Source of the DNA: Selaginella moellendorffii
Lineage: Eukaryota > Plantae > Lycopodiophyta
Assembly (NCBI RefSeq): GCF_000143415.4
Contig: NW_003314337.1
Span: forward strand, 140,559-204,558
Reading direction: 5' to 3'
Length of the DNA: 64,000 bases
Shown here: piece after piece, positions 24,226-36,006 of the stretch
Layout: each line of letters starts with the position of its first letter
Numbering within the stretch: position 1 is the stretch's first letter
Translations under genes and position numbers: made by a program
The notes under the pieces: model-generated
Databases searched by the model: none
Seen by the model: the letters and a program-made list of their open reading frames with translations, nothing else
Told to the model about the DNA's origin: nothing

Positions 24226-25356
24226 TTAAATTGCCGACGACAAGCTCAAGGTCGACGGGCACATTCCAATCTTGGCGCAGATCTCGTCGTCATCGAGCAC
24301 AGCTTCCAGATTTGCCAACACCTGTGGCCCATACTCCAGCACCAGCAGCTTGCACTGCACAGAAACCAACCATGTCACACTCGCCTCCTTTAAAAACCGC
24401 CATTACCTCATCCTCATGGTTGTGCAATTTCTGGCAGTTGGCCAGCAGGAATTCAATCAGCTTCTCCTGGTTGGTGATCGATCAAAGCACAAAAGCATTT
24501 AAGACGATAGCCTGGAAACGCTCGTTACTACCTGTGTCTCGGGGTCCTGCAGCTTCGTCTTCATCTCCAGAGCTAGGTAGCGACAAAGCGCACAGTTGTT
24601 GCGTCCCACACCTTTCACACCATTCGCCTTGCACACCTCTGATTCCATGCAAAAATGAGCTGGGGACCCGAGCAGCCCTGGACCGAAACGATCCAGCACA
24701 GACATGCACTGCCACAAGACATTCAGGTTATGTTGCTACAAGACGAGACGAGGAACTTTACCCTGTCTTGGATCCACTTATGGCTGGAGCATGCAGCAGT
24801 GAGCTCTTCACGGATGGCCTCTGGACTCAGCCTGTTACCTGCGGCAAGAGCCTTTGTTGCCAAGAAGTGGCATGCGGAACAACTGGTTGCAGACATTTCC
24901 AGGTGTTTGCCCCCAGCGCATATGCCCGTGTCCAGACACATCTTTTGCGGAGTCATGTAGTCTTGTAAAGTGGAGAAGAGAACCGAGACATATTCTTGAG
25001 ACATCTCGTCGCACTGTCAACAGCAAATCTTTTGAGATAATTGAAAGCCAAGAGGTGAAGCACAACATTGCCTTGTCTTTGTATGCCAGGGGAACCTTTG
25101 CACAGCCATGAGCCTGGACGAAGTCGACGACAGTCTCCAAATTGTGAGGGCTCGCCAGGAAATCTTGTGCGTCGGTGGCAACGTCCAAGCACTCCTTGCA
25201 AAACAAACCTTGCCAATTGGGAAAGAACAATCGTTAACAAAAGAGGGATGGAGAGAAAATGGAGCAGAGGCCACCAGAATCGGCTTTGTCAGCTGCTGCA
25301 GCCATCACCAAGGCCATTAACACCAACGCTGCAGGCACCGCCATCGCCATCGCCAT
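24226..25356 (-). CDS. Prosaposin-like protein with three saposin-B domains
   Basis: Signal peptide MAMAMAVPAALVLMALVMAAA, then three Cys-patterned units: CKEC...C..TGIC, CSAC...C..SEVC and CALC...ICAKIGMC. Confidence 0.85.
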
Positions 25357-25414
25357 CGCCCCTCCCTAATTCCAAAAGACCTAAACTGTTGCGCGCACGA
25401 GACTAGTGGCAGCT

Positions 25415-26838
25415 TCACTTGGTAAGTTTACAGGAGCACGTAACAAGCTTGTCCAGTAAAGACGCCGTGTCCTTTCTGAGGAGAAGATTAGCCAGGGAAT
25501 TATTGTCACCGTCAAAGTCGGAGTCAGATAGCACCCTGTGAACCTTTGAGACGGTGGCCACATTGCGACCAGCTCCGCCACCCATGGCGGTGGCGCCACC
25601 CACGGCATTTGCAAGCGTCAGGGTGGTGGTGGCAGGCAAGCCGCAATTGTAGCCCAACACCGCCGCCGCCGCAAAGCTATCACCACAGCCCACTGTGTCG
25701 ATCACGTCAACCTGTGCATGCAAAACCAGCATGTCAAAGGTGCGCGCAAGGATACAGAGCAGCTACCTTGAATCCTGGGACGTGGTGGCAGCCTTGACGA
25801 TCCGCCATGAGCGACCCTTGAGCTCCCATTTTCACAATCACCCATTTGGTGTGCATTCCATTGTCCAGGAGAGCTGTGGCAGCAGCGTAGGGGTCGTCTA
25901 TTCCGGTCAGCGTCGCAGCCTGAAACCATCAAGAGGACGGGTTGCGTCACCTCCAACATGATACAAATATCACGTTACCACCTCGTCGGCTGTCAGAAGC
26001 AGCACATCGCTGAGGGTAAGAATTCGTTCCAGCGTGCTCCGATCCTGTCTAAACAGCGACTCGCCTCTCGGGCCCGGATCGAAAAAGACAGCGTTGCCCG
26101 CCGCGTGAGCGCAGTCCACCGCCGAGAGGATAGCGGAAGGCAGCAGCTCGTCGAAGGCGAAGCCATTGAAATGGAGCGCTTTCGAGTTTTGTATGACGGA
26201 CTCCGCTTTGGGGGGCAGCTTGTGCATCTTGTCCAGCACTGGAGCCTTGTTGAAGTCGAACCGGCTGGCGATTGCAGTTTAGCGAGTGACAACAAAGAGC
26301 AACTAGAATAGAGGCTCACCTACAAAACGCGTGCTGGTGCTCGGGGTCCACGAGCACCCAACAGACTAGCGTGCTGCCATCAAAGTCGGAGGTCACGTCT
26401 GCGCTGATCCTGGCCACGTCCACGCCCTCCTTGTCCAGGATCCTGCTCAAAAACTTGCCAAAGGGCTCGCTTCCAATGTGGCCGATGGTCACGCACTCGA
26501 GGCCCAACCTGGCTGCCGCAATGGTGAAGTTGCAAATGCCACCGGCCTCCCACGCACTCTGCTCGCTATGTCACGCATGCTGTGATGTGATCAGAGCCAA
26601 TACAAGCACAAACCTCGTCGGGCGGGCAGGACTCGAGGTGACGCAGGAATTTGAGCTTGGCAGCTGGGTTGGATGGCGGAAGGCAGGGCACATCGAGGAC
26701 GATGTCCACACACAGGTTGCCCAGAGTGGCTACATCGGCCTTGCTCCCACACCCACACACCACCGCCGCTTGCCTCCTCCATGGCTTGTCGACGGCGGCG
26801 GCCGCCAGGCTCGCGGCGCCAGCAGCGGTAGACGACAT
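25415..26838 (-). CDS. pfkB-family carbohydrate kinase, probably plastidic
   Basis: DVATLGNLCVDIVL, FFDPGPRG, DTVGCGDSFAAA and LANAVGGATAMG.GAGRNVA. Confidence 0.92.
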
Positions 26839-27302
26839 TGGCGCTCAAAAGCCCTAGCGCCCAAGGGGGTTTAGCTTTGACTGGGCATATTCCTCTCTCT
26901 TTTTCACCTCTCTGGTAGTCACTTGTTGCTGTTGGGCTGGTGTGCTGTCTCTCACGCCTTTTGTTGGGAAAGAGCAACAGTGAGAGGTGGTGACAAAAGC
27001 GAGAGCGCGCTTGGCACCGCACAAAGGGTCTTCAGGAAGGGCAAGCTTGTCCACCAGATCCAGAGCTCGCGTGCCCAATTCCCAGGTACGCTGGGGCTTA
27101 GGTCATCCGGATCAGGAGAGCAGCATGCGTTGCCGAGGCCACATTGCATGCACTGTCGCAACCAAATACGAATCTGGTGGCTCAACAAGACAAAGGGGCA
27201 GCCAAATGCAGGTAGCAGCAGCACTAGAGCATAGATAGAGAGCTGGGGTTTGTAGCGCTTCTCGATTCCCATCCCCGAATTCCATCTTGTCCCAGTGTTT
27301 TC

Positions 27303-28913
27303 ATGGCCAACATACCAGTAACCAACTTCCCCTCTCATCAGCTCAGCAATGGCCTCTACGTCTCAGGTCGTCCCGACCAGCACAAGGAGAAGGCCCCAAC
27401 CATGACGTCCTCCGCAATGCCGTACACTGGAGGCGATGTCAAAAAATCTGGCGAGCTCGGCAAAATGTTTGACATTGCCGTCGAGGCCTCCAAATCCAAA
27501 AAATCTGGCCCGATAGCCTCCGGTGGATCGTTCCGGGGGAGCAGCACCGCTACTGGGGGCACCCCTACAGGGCCTCCCAGATCTGCATTCTCCACCTCCG
27601 GCCCGCTCAATTCCGCTGGCATGCCCAGGCAAAACTCTCAACAGTCCAACTCGGGTCCTCTCACCGGCGGCACCGGCTCCAGATCCGGCAACCTGTCGTC
27701 CACGCCTAACCTCAAGACCTCGGGTCCCATCCCCAACCCTCTGAAAACATCCGGCCCGATCAATCTTCCCGCCACAGGCCTCATCACGTCCACTGGCGCT
27801 CCCCGAAAGGTGTCGGGGCCCCTTGGAGGAGACGCTGGTGCATCCTTCAAGTTGGCAGCAAATACCGGCAGCCAGGCCGTCAACAACCTCAGCCACGACA
27901 AGCACTACTCATACAGCAAGAACATCCCCAGGGCCATCCTGTGGACCGTCATTCCACTCTTTGTCATGGGATTCATCGCCGGAGCTTTCATCCTCGCGGC
28001 TGTCAAGAACCCGGTCCTGCTTATTATCATAACCTGCCTCTTCGTGGCAGTGCTGCTCCTGCTGCTGTGGAACACCCTGTGGGGTAAAAAGGCCGTTCTT
28101 TCCTTTGCAGACAAGCATCCAGACGCGCAGCTCGCAACCGCAAAAGACGGCCAGTACGTCAAAGTCACAGGAGTAAGCTCTCATCTCATCCGAACATCCT
28201 CGCTGGCTGCATGAATTGAGACTTGTTGTTGCATTGCAGGTGGTCACCTGTGGAAGTGTTCACCTCGAGTCTCCATTTCAGAAGGTCAACCGTTGCATCT
28301 ACACGTCTGCGAGCCTTCACGAGTACAGGGCGTGGCACTCCAAGCCTGCCAACGACAAGCACCAGCGTTTCACCTGGGGACTGCGCCACCTCGAGGTAAG
28401 GCTTTTAGCTTACCAGGCATCGCATTCTCTCAGCCGGCCTTCCCAAACAGAGACACATTGTCGACTTCTACATCTCCGACTTCAACTCCGGGTTTAGAGC
28501 CTTGGTGAAAGCCGGCTACAGTGCGCGCGTGTCGCCATACGTGGAGGAGAGCAAGATTGTCGAGGTACCAGCGGGGAACCACAGCGTGCCGTCCGACTTC
28601 ACACAATGGCTGACGGAGCGCAACTTGTCGAGGGACGACCGGAGGATGCGATTGACCGAGGGGTGAGTGACTTGGCCAGCCCCGACTCTGATTGGCTCAT
28701 CCATTTCTCTCTTGCGCGGACAGATATATCAAGGAGGGTAGCAGTGTGACGGTGATGGGGGTGGTACAGCGGAACGACAACGTTGTCATGATAATCCCAC
28801 CCCCGGATGCGGTGTCCACGGGGTGCCAATGGCCTCGTCTTCTACTCCCCGTAACCCTCGAAGGCATTGTCGTGACAAGCCAAGAGACGAGTTTCAAAGT
28901 GGATGTTGCCTAG
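27303..28913 (+). CDS. SHOU4-like membrane protein (At1g78880/At1g16860 family; cellulose synthase trafficking regulator)
   Basis: SHQLSNGLYVSGRP...MPYTGGDVKKSGELGKMFDI, SGP repeats, two TM helices, GQYVKVTGVVTCG. Confidence 0.9.
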
Positions 28914-29042
28914 TGTTGGACTGCCTTGTCTCGTCTCATCTCGTCTCCTACACACGAAAGAACATGTTTGGTGTATATAGACAAAACCATAGCTTGAAGA
29001 TAACCATACGTTTTCTTTTTCTCTTCTCCTCGGGCTGCTAGG

Positions 29043-29659
29043 CTATCTTATGGGGCGTTCACCGTGAGCAACGATGCGTCCGGTGGGAAGGATGCTTTCA
29101 ACTCTACCAAATCTCTCTAGCGGCCACACGACACGAGTCACCCTCGCTTTGAGCAGTGCCATTGGGATCTGCAAACGAGTGTGATCAAGGAAGGTGATCT
29201 GCCGTGGATGATGCAAAACTTACGTACCGGCCCCATGTTTCTCGAGTCCAAGCTCACATTGGCATTGTCCCCTTCCACCCAGCAGCGCCCCTTGGGCACT
29301 TGAACTAGCTCGCGCTTGCCTGGAACCCTGAGCATGTCGCCTTCCACGGCAATCAGCCTCTTCACCATCCAGTACTGCGGCTCGTGGGGAGACCTTACCA
29401 AGAGCGTGTTATACTTGATTTGCCTCTCCGTTTTTTGTTACCTGAGAACCACAACATCCCCTCGAGAGAATCCAAAATCATGGCCCGGGAACTTGTCGAG
29501 GAGCAACACATCGCCCTCCATGAGAGACTTGCCGGCTACCAGCGTTGGCTCCATGGAGCTCCCCTGCATGCGCGCCAAACTCACTAGCTCATCCGACACT
29601 GCAATGCCGATCATGGCTCCAATGGCGGCCCTCTTGGCCAGGAGCAGCGCCCAGCCCAT
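29043..29659 (-). CDS. IMP2: Mitochondrial inner membrane peptidase subunit 2 (peptidase S26)
   Basis: GSSMEPTL, SRGDVVVLRSP, VKRLIAVEGD, VPKGRCWVEGDN..SLDSRNMGP. Confidence 0.88.
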
Positions 29660-29704
29660 GTAGGGCTTGATTGCCTGCTTGCTTTTAGGGCACACGCGAG
29701 CTCC

Positions 29705-30838
29705 ATGGGTTTCATCGCCCTGCAGCGGTTGCCAGTAGCATTAGGTGTTGCGCATTGTTGTCGGAAAGGCCTCCGCCTCTCGGCCACCACATCCACAGCA
29801 AGGATGGCGCTGGGTGACAATGGCGGCTCGGCGGCCCCTCCGGCTCCCTCGTCTGTGATTCACTTCCTTACGCTCTGCCAGCGCCTCAAGGTAAGCGCTT
29901 GTTTTCTTGCGTACTCCACCAGCTTGGCGAATCCATCGCCCGGACAGCACAGACGACCAAGAGGGCGGGATGGCTCAATCGCGACGTGAAGAACGCCGAG
30001 TCCATTGCGGATCATATGCATCGTATGGCGATCATGGCTCTTATAGCCGCTGATATTCCAGGCATTGACAAGGATAGGTGCGTCTTTCTCTGTGCGCCAG
30101 CCCAGTGCCTCCACTAAAACCCCACACGCAGGTGCGTCAAGATGGCGGTGGTGCATGACATTGCTGAAGGCAAGTACTTCGTTTGCTTCCGGTGCTCACG
30201 ACGCTTACAATGTCTCTTGTTCCAGCTATTGTGGGTGATATCACCCCAGCTGATGGCATTCCCAAGGACGAGAAAAGCAGGCGAGAGAGAGCAGCCATAG
30301 ATGAAATGTGTGACATTCTCGAGAATGGCCGTGCTGGTACGTTCGTGCTCACGCTAGCCATGGCTAACTAACCCCCGGCTCATTGTTTATGGCAGCCAGT
30401 GAGATCAGAGAGCTCTGGAACGAATACGAATCTAACCTGTCGCCTGAGGCGAAGCTTGTCAAGGATCTAGACAAGGTGAGTTTATCTCGTCTCACGTGAT
30501 CCACTACTATTACCTTCCTGGGTTATAACACGAAGCAGGTCGAGATGATTCTCCAAGCTTTGGAATACGAGAGCGGTACGTAAGCGTTAGGAATCAGTCG
30601 TAAGTGATGATTCAATTGCCTTCCCTGTCACTCGCAGCTCAAGACAAGGAGTTGGATGACTTTTTTATGTCAACTGCTGGTGAGTGTGCTATAGCGTCCG
30701 AGATCATTGTCGACAAGTTCTTCTAAAACCTTGTGGGGCGCAGGCAAGTTTCAGACCGATATTGGCAAAGCGTGGGCAGCGGAGATAGTCTCTCGTAGGG
30801 AAAAGAGGAAGGAGAAGCTGCATGCTGCCTCAACTTGA
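29705..30838 (+). CDS. HD-domain 5'-deoxynucleotidase (HDDC2/YfbR-like), transit peptide
   Basis: LKTTKRAGW...ESIADHMHRMA, MAVVHDIAEAIVGDITP, VKDLDKVEMILQALEYE. Confidence 0.92.
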
Positions 30839-31231
30839 GTTTGAAGGTGGAATTTGTACATAACGCTCACGACTCCGTTCAGTGATTCATTACACCCTTA
30901 GCTTTGACTGGGCCATCCAAGCTACTGTTCCTCGCCGTGGACTTTGGACCTCTTGATATCATTTTGTTGTGAGCGTGGGGTTGACTTTTGGAAATCTCCA
31001 CGTTCGTAACATTACATCGATGGAGACTCGGGCACAACGCGCTACACGACGAGGAATTTCGGCGGAAAATAGTTTACTTTCGAAGATTAATGGCAGTGAC
31101 GGGGGAGCACACAAAGTATTCACAGAGCTCTTCTCCCCGTTTTACAAGTAGCAAGCAAGCGAAAACAATTATATACTCCAAATCATCTCCAGCTCCAAGC
31201 AAAATTCTCCATGTTCCTGGCAGGGCCACGA

Positions 31232-32127
31232 TCACTGCGCTTCGATTTGCAACGTATGGACGTCGAGGAATTGCTTGACGTAATTCTTGCGGGCAATGCT
31301 GTCCTCGGCTCGTTGGTGCTGAGTTCTCTCTGGCACCTCAGTGTAGAGGAGCAGGGCCTGGCTCATTGAAAAGAACATTCGTTGTGAAGTGTTAGTGAAG
31401 CAAAACCCCAACGTACGAACCTCAATGTAATCGCCTGTGTCGAGCGTGAAGCGGTGATACATGCCTGGCGGTAGCACTACCAGATCTCCTTTCTGGACAC
31501 GGAAACGCACCCATTTGTCATCATAGTCCCGAATGTCCCAGTAGCCTGAGGCAGCGGCATTTAAGCAATTCAAAACTTCAAAAAATGTTTAAATCGGGCA
31601 TGTACCACTTCCGTCAAGGATGAGCCGTATCTCCTCTTGAGAATGCATGTGTTCTTGAAAGAATCCCCCGACTCGAGCATCAAAGTCAGCCATAGCTTCC
31701 CGAGATACAGTGATCTTTTCCTGTCCCAGGACGGCAAGAAATTATGAGAAACGATTTCATCCTTCCACTTGAGCGTCTGTCATCTCACCCAGTAGTTATA
31801 TCCTCGCTCGACTTTAATCTCTTCTAGTTTGGGGTCGCTCTCCCAGTTGTCGGCGTCTAGCTTCCATGTTAAAACGCCAAGACCTGTGTGTGTATGACAA
31901 GTTTAAAGCTAAGAACAAAAGAAGGATTTGTCTACTGACTGTGAACGTGAGAAAGCGGCACTGGACGATTGGGCGAGAACTTGTGAGGAAGCTTGGAGTT
32001 CTCTTCGTCCCCGGGATTATACTCCCAGGCTTCAATTGATGACTGATACAAATAGACGAATCGAATCTCGTTAGGAGGAGGGAAGACAAAGATATGGATG
32101 TTGTAAGTACCTTGTTGCAGTCGGCCA
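31232..32127 (-). CDS. ARD: Acireductone dioxygenase (methionine salvage)
   Basis: IEAWEY...[45 protein letters not shown] (metal ligands H,H,E,H). Confidence 0.92.
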
Positions 32128-32686
32128 TTGCAACTGGCACAAGTGGGAATAGATAGATGTAATATGCTGAAAGAAAGAGCAGAATTGAAATGCCAAGGTG
32201 TTGCAAAATTGCGTATAAGGTCTCTGTGTGATTTCGTACAGCTCGAATCGATCTTATTTATAACGTACAAGAGAATGTATTTTGACTTTATTTCGTTCTC
32301 AACGGCCACGATGCACAACGGAGACGCGTGGCGCAGCTTCGCTACCTAGCTTGACGCCGGAAGGGAAGGTTAGTTGTAAGCTTTAACAACAAAGTCAACT
32401 CAACAATCACAAAACCCGCGATCTAATCCACCACCTCCGTTCTATCTTGACATTCTCTTGTCTTCCTCCCCCACAAAAGATCCGTCGGCTTGATTCGTAA
32501 GGAATGGATCTGTTCCACACGTCGGTGATGGAATCTGGGCGCCGGCACCAACAGATTGCCCTCCCCCCTTGTTTTGCGCATTGTGAGCAATAGAACAAGC
32601 CATGTTCCAGGATCAAACGCAACCTCGGATTTCGAGATGGATTGACTTTTATAAACAACAACGTGCAGGAGAATTTTAGGTCTGAG

Positions 32687-33259
32687 ATGAGGAAGTGTAG
32701 AGGAAGCCGGGCGCTGGATGTCGGGTTGGCGATCTTCTTCGCGCTCAACGTGCCCCTCGTCCTGTTTCTGGACTCCACGGCCGTACTGCCCATGTCTTGC
32801 TTCCCGGCCGCGATCCAGGCGCTCGTCCGGTGGCACATCCGTACGTCCGGTGACTACCTCATGCGCGACAAGCCCCCATTCTTCCTTGGCCTTGTGTTCT
32901 GCGAGATCTTCGTGCAGCTCCCACTCTACATTGCCAACGCCATTGCCTTCTACTACGGTAAATCGAGCATTCATCTCTCTCTCTCTCACCGTGGCCTCCA
33001 GGAAAGCCTTGGGGGAGAACCACGGGCATTATCTATGGAGTTCACACAGCCACAACAATGGTAAGTTTGGATCCACTTTGGCTATGTAATTTGGCTCCTT
33101 GGTCGACAGATACCAATCTTGTTCGATATTCTGTGCTCTCAAGCCCCAACGAAGTTCCAGCTCTTCAGCATTTACGTGCCCTACCTCATCATCCCGTTGA
33201 TTGTGCTAGCGCGCCTCATGCCCTACACGTATCCCTTCGCCAAGAAGCGGATCGAGTGA
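32687..33259 (+). CDS. TMEM97/EXPERA-domain ER membrane protein
   Basis: GDYLMRDKPPFFLGLVFCEIFVQLPL, IYGVHTATTMIPIL, IYVPYLIIP; basic C-terminus AKKRIE*. Confidence 0.88.
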
Positions 33260-33324
33260 TTTCTTCAAAAACCATGAATACCAAAAACCCTAATTTGTTT
33301 TGGCTGCCCCAGAGCTAGCGATCG

Positions 33325-34619
33325 ATGGGTAAGGCGATGGGAGTAGGTTGGAGCTCACCCAGCAGCTTTGATCTGTCGCAGATTACGCTCAAGAACAGGA
33401 AATGGAGGTTGAGGCGCTGCAAGCCATTCTCATGGATGATATTCAAGGTATTGTTTTCGAGGATGAGCATGTTCTTTTATGTTCACTACTTAGTACAATT
33501 GCAGTGTTAGAGACGGACGGGCTTGACACTCAAAGTCCGTCGTACCAGATCAAAATAACATCGGAGGTATGGGTGCGCTTTCCTGCTCGTTTAGGCTCTT
33601 GATTTTTAGATATATGAATCTCTGTGCAGGATGAGGGGGAGACTGGTCAGTTCTTGAATCAATAAATGAGATTTTTCCTTTTAACTTCTGTGGTGCAGCT
33701 CAGGTAAATCTAATCTTTGCACACACACCAAACTATCCTGACGAGCCACCCCTTTTGGATGTCCGTGGGTGAGCTGCATACTGAGTTCTCCAATTCCTGT
33801 GTAACGACACTTTTGTGGCAGTGGCAAGGGCGTCAGGGACAGCGAAGCTAAAGAGCTCAAACAAAAGCTCCAAGCAGAGGTTTGCATGCTGTCATCCAGA
33901 GTGTGGAATCGCTGGCTTGACAATCCGGGTTTTGCAGGCCACGGAGAACCTCGGAATGGCCATGATGTACACACTGGCTACTTCAGCAAAGGAATGGCTG
34001 TCTCTAAGGTTTGCTCAAGAAGACGAAGGGAGCGGGGAAGATGAAGAAGAGGCACCTGGAATAGACGAGGTTGAATAGATCTTATCAGCTGAATTCTAAC
34101 ACCAGCATGATTCTTTGAAGGTCGTGGAGCCGCATGGGGAGGTGGTAACTGTCGAAACGTTTGTGGCATGGAGAGAAAGATTTGAGGCCGAGCTAGCCCT
34201 TGAGAGAGCCAGGTATTGGTTGTCTGTGCTCGTTTCCGGTGTCTAGAATCACTTTTCATGTTCCAGGTTGATGCCCGAGTCGGCTCTCACCACCACCAAG
34301 GACAAGCGGCTGAGCGGGAGGGCCTGGTTTGAAAGTGGTCGAGCTTCAGCTGTGGTAAACGTATTCTCCTCCTTGGGCTTGGGAGGGTGGCTTAGTGACA
34401 GTGCCTTTGAGATGCAGAGAGTTGGCAAACCCGTGGCTGAATCGAGCGAAGAGGAGGCAGAAGAGGACATTGACTTCGATGCCGATTACGATGACGAAGG
34501 TACGGGGAATTCGCTCGAGATTTTCAGATTTGGTTTTTAAATGGCTGGCTGTTTTGGCTCTAGACTTGGACGAGGACGACATGCTAGAACACTACCTGTC
34601 TCAGAAAGCTACCATCTAA
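33325..34619 (+). CDS. RWD domain-containing protein 1 (Gir2/DFRP2-like)
   Basis: DYAQEQEMEVEALQAI, HTPNYPDEPP, ENLGMAMMYTL, HGEVVTVETFVAWRERFEAE, KRLSGRAWFE. Has a 4-nt first coding exon and a micro-exon of about 16 nt. Confidence 0.9.
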
Positions 34620-34695
34620 ACAGAATGGGAGCAACATTTTATTATCATGGTTTGTATTTTTCTTCTTTGTCTTGGTGGGGGAAGGGAGCGAATTT

Positions 34696-35043
34696 TTAAG
34701 TACATGAGAAGTCCCGTACTTCAAAGAAGGATCTGTTCTTGACAACAATGTCGTACATGTGGATGGTCTTGAACCTGGTGAAGTCTGCGGGCAGAGAGAT
34801 GAGGTCGACCGAGGAGATCTTGTGGAACTGGATAAGATCGGGCTCTTCGTAGGGGTAGCGCTCCCACCCAAGATCCAAGAGTTTGGCCTCGAGGTGCGCG
34901 TAGGAGGAGATGATCTGGTTGCTGGGGACATGCACCAGCACTTTCTTGCGAAGAATTCCGCGCTCGCCGCTGTCGATCGGCTCCATGAGCGGATTGGAGA
35001 CTAATCTCGCCACTCCATTCTTGAACACCCACACGCCCGACAT
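34696..35043 (-). CDS. FPF1: Flowering-promoting factor 1-like protein
   Basis: MSGVWVFKNGV, KKVLVHVPSN, LGWERY, DLISLP.DF..FK.IHMYDIVVKNR..FEVRD. Confidence 0.93.
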   Translation of the reverse strand: MSGVWVFKNGVARLVSNPLMEPIDSGERGILRKKVLVHVPSNQIISSYAHLEAKLLDLGWERYPYEEPDLIQFHKISSVDLISLPADFTRFKTIHMYDIVVKNRSFFEVRDFSCT

Positions 35044-36006
35044 GATGTTATATGTTGCTCACGCCGCGCACACACGCAATCTCCAGAAATGCAAAGCCGG
35101 CAAAACTGATCGATCGATATATGTGTTTGGCCCGCAGCAAAAAAGAAAGAGAAAGCAAGTCTAAACGTTTCTTGTTTCAAGAAAGGTGAAGAGGAGCTTG
35201 AAGGGAGAGAAGGGAGAGAGCTATGTAGTCACTCCTGCTAGGGGATGCTAGGCTAGGACCAACAGCAAGACAAGACGCCCTTGCTCCACAACCAAAAAGA
35301 AGAATGGAAGGAGGAGCAGCTACTAGGAAATAGATAGTCTAAAAGAACAAGCAGCAACCCTCGTCCAGCCTCTCGCGCGCGTCTCTCAAGTCTTCTAGGC
35401 AGGTGAATTTAAACCACAGAACGTCCAGGTGAGATGGGAAGCATCAAGCGCGTGTGTGTCAAGTGTCGCTTTTGATTCGGATGCTGATTACCTACGCCTC
35501 TTTCTTCCTGGAAAGAATCTGCGGAAACACCATCAGCATCAATGAGGGCGCGGAGATTGAGAAGGGGCGGCCACGGAAACACGGAATCGCAATTGCAACC
35601 GAGAGCGACGGGATTATTCGCACAAAATGGAAAACTTCTCTTCAGCCGGGACTCGTGAGTCGTGAACGCTACCTCAATCCTTGCTACGGCGACGGCGCCA
35701 CATAGCTCTCAACGCAATTGCTCTTCATTCGTGTGGTGGTGGTGGTGCTGCTGCTGCTGCGCGGAGTGCTGCTCGACTTGCAAATCCTTTAAAAAATCGA
35801 GAATTGTTCCTCTCCATCACAACGGTGGATAGAAGAAGAGGAAGCATTGCATTAAACACTTTGCACGTCCTCTACTATGACGTTGTCCACCGGTCCCCGC
35901 GCCACGTGGCATCGCTCTTTCCCGCTTCTTTGCAACAAGAATGGAAGCAAGAAAGTGGTAGCTCATCGGCTCAGCTCAGCTAGGTCGGCAGCGAAGCGAA
36001 GCAGCC

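Noticed and set aside
12182-32127. Possible Yang-cycle/ethylene cluster (ACS-like and ARD)
   Set aside because: The genes are about 17 kb and ten unrelated genes apart, and the ACS-like protein lacks ACS residues. No evidence of a metabolic cluster.
32128-32686. 559-bp ARD/TMEM97 spacer with a small AGATCC...GGATCT stem, considered as an ncRNA
   Set aside because: No recognisable snoRNA boxes, telomerase template or Pol III promoter. Compatible with a promoter plus 5'UTR introns.
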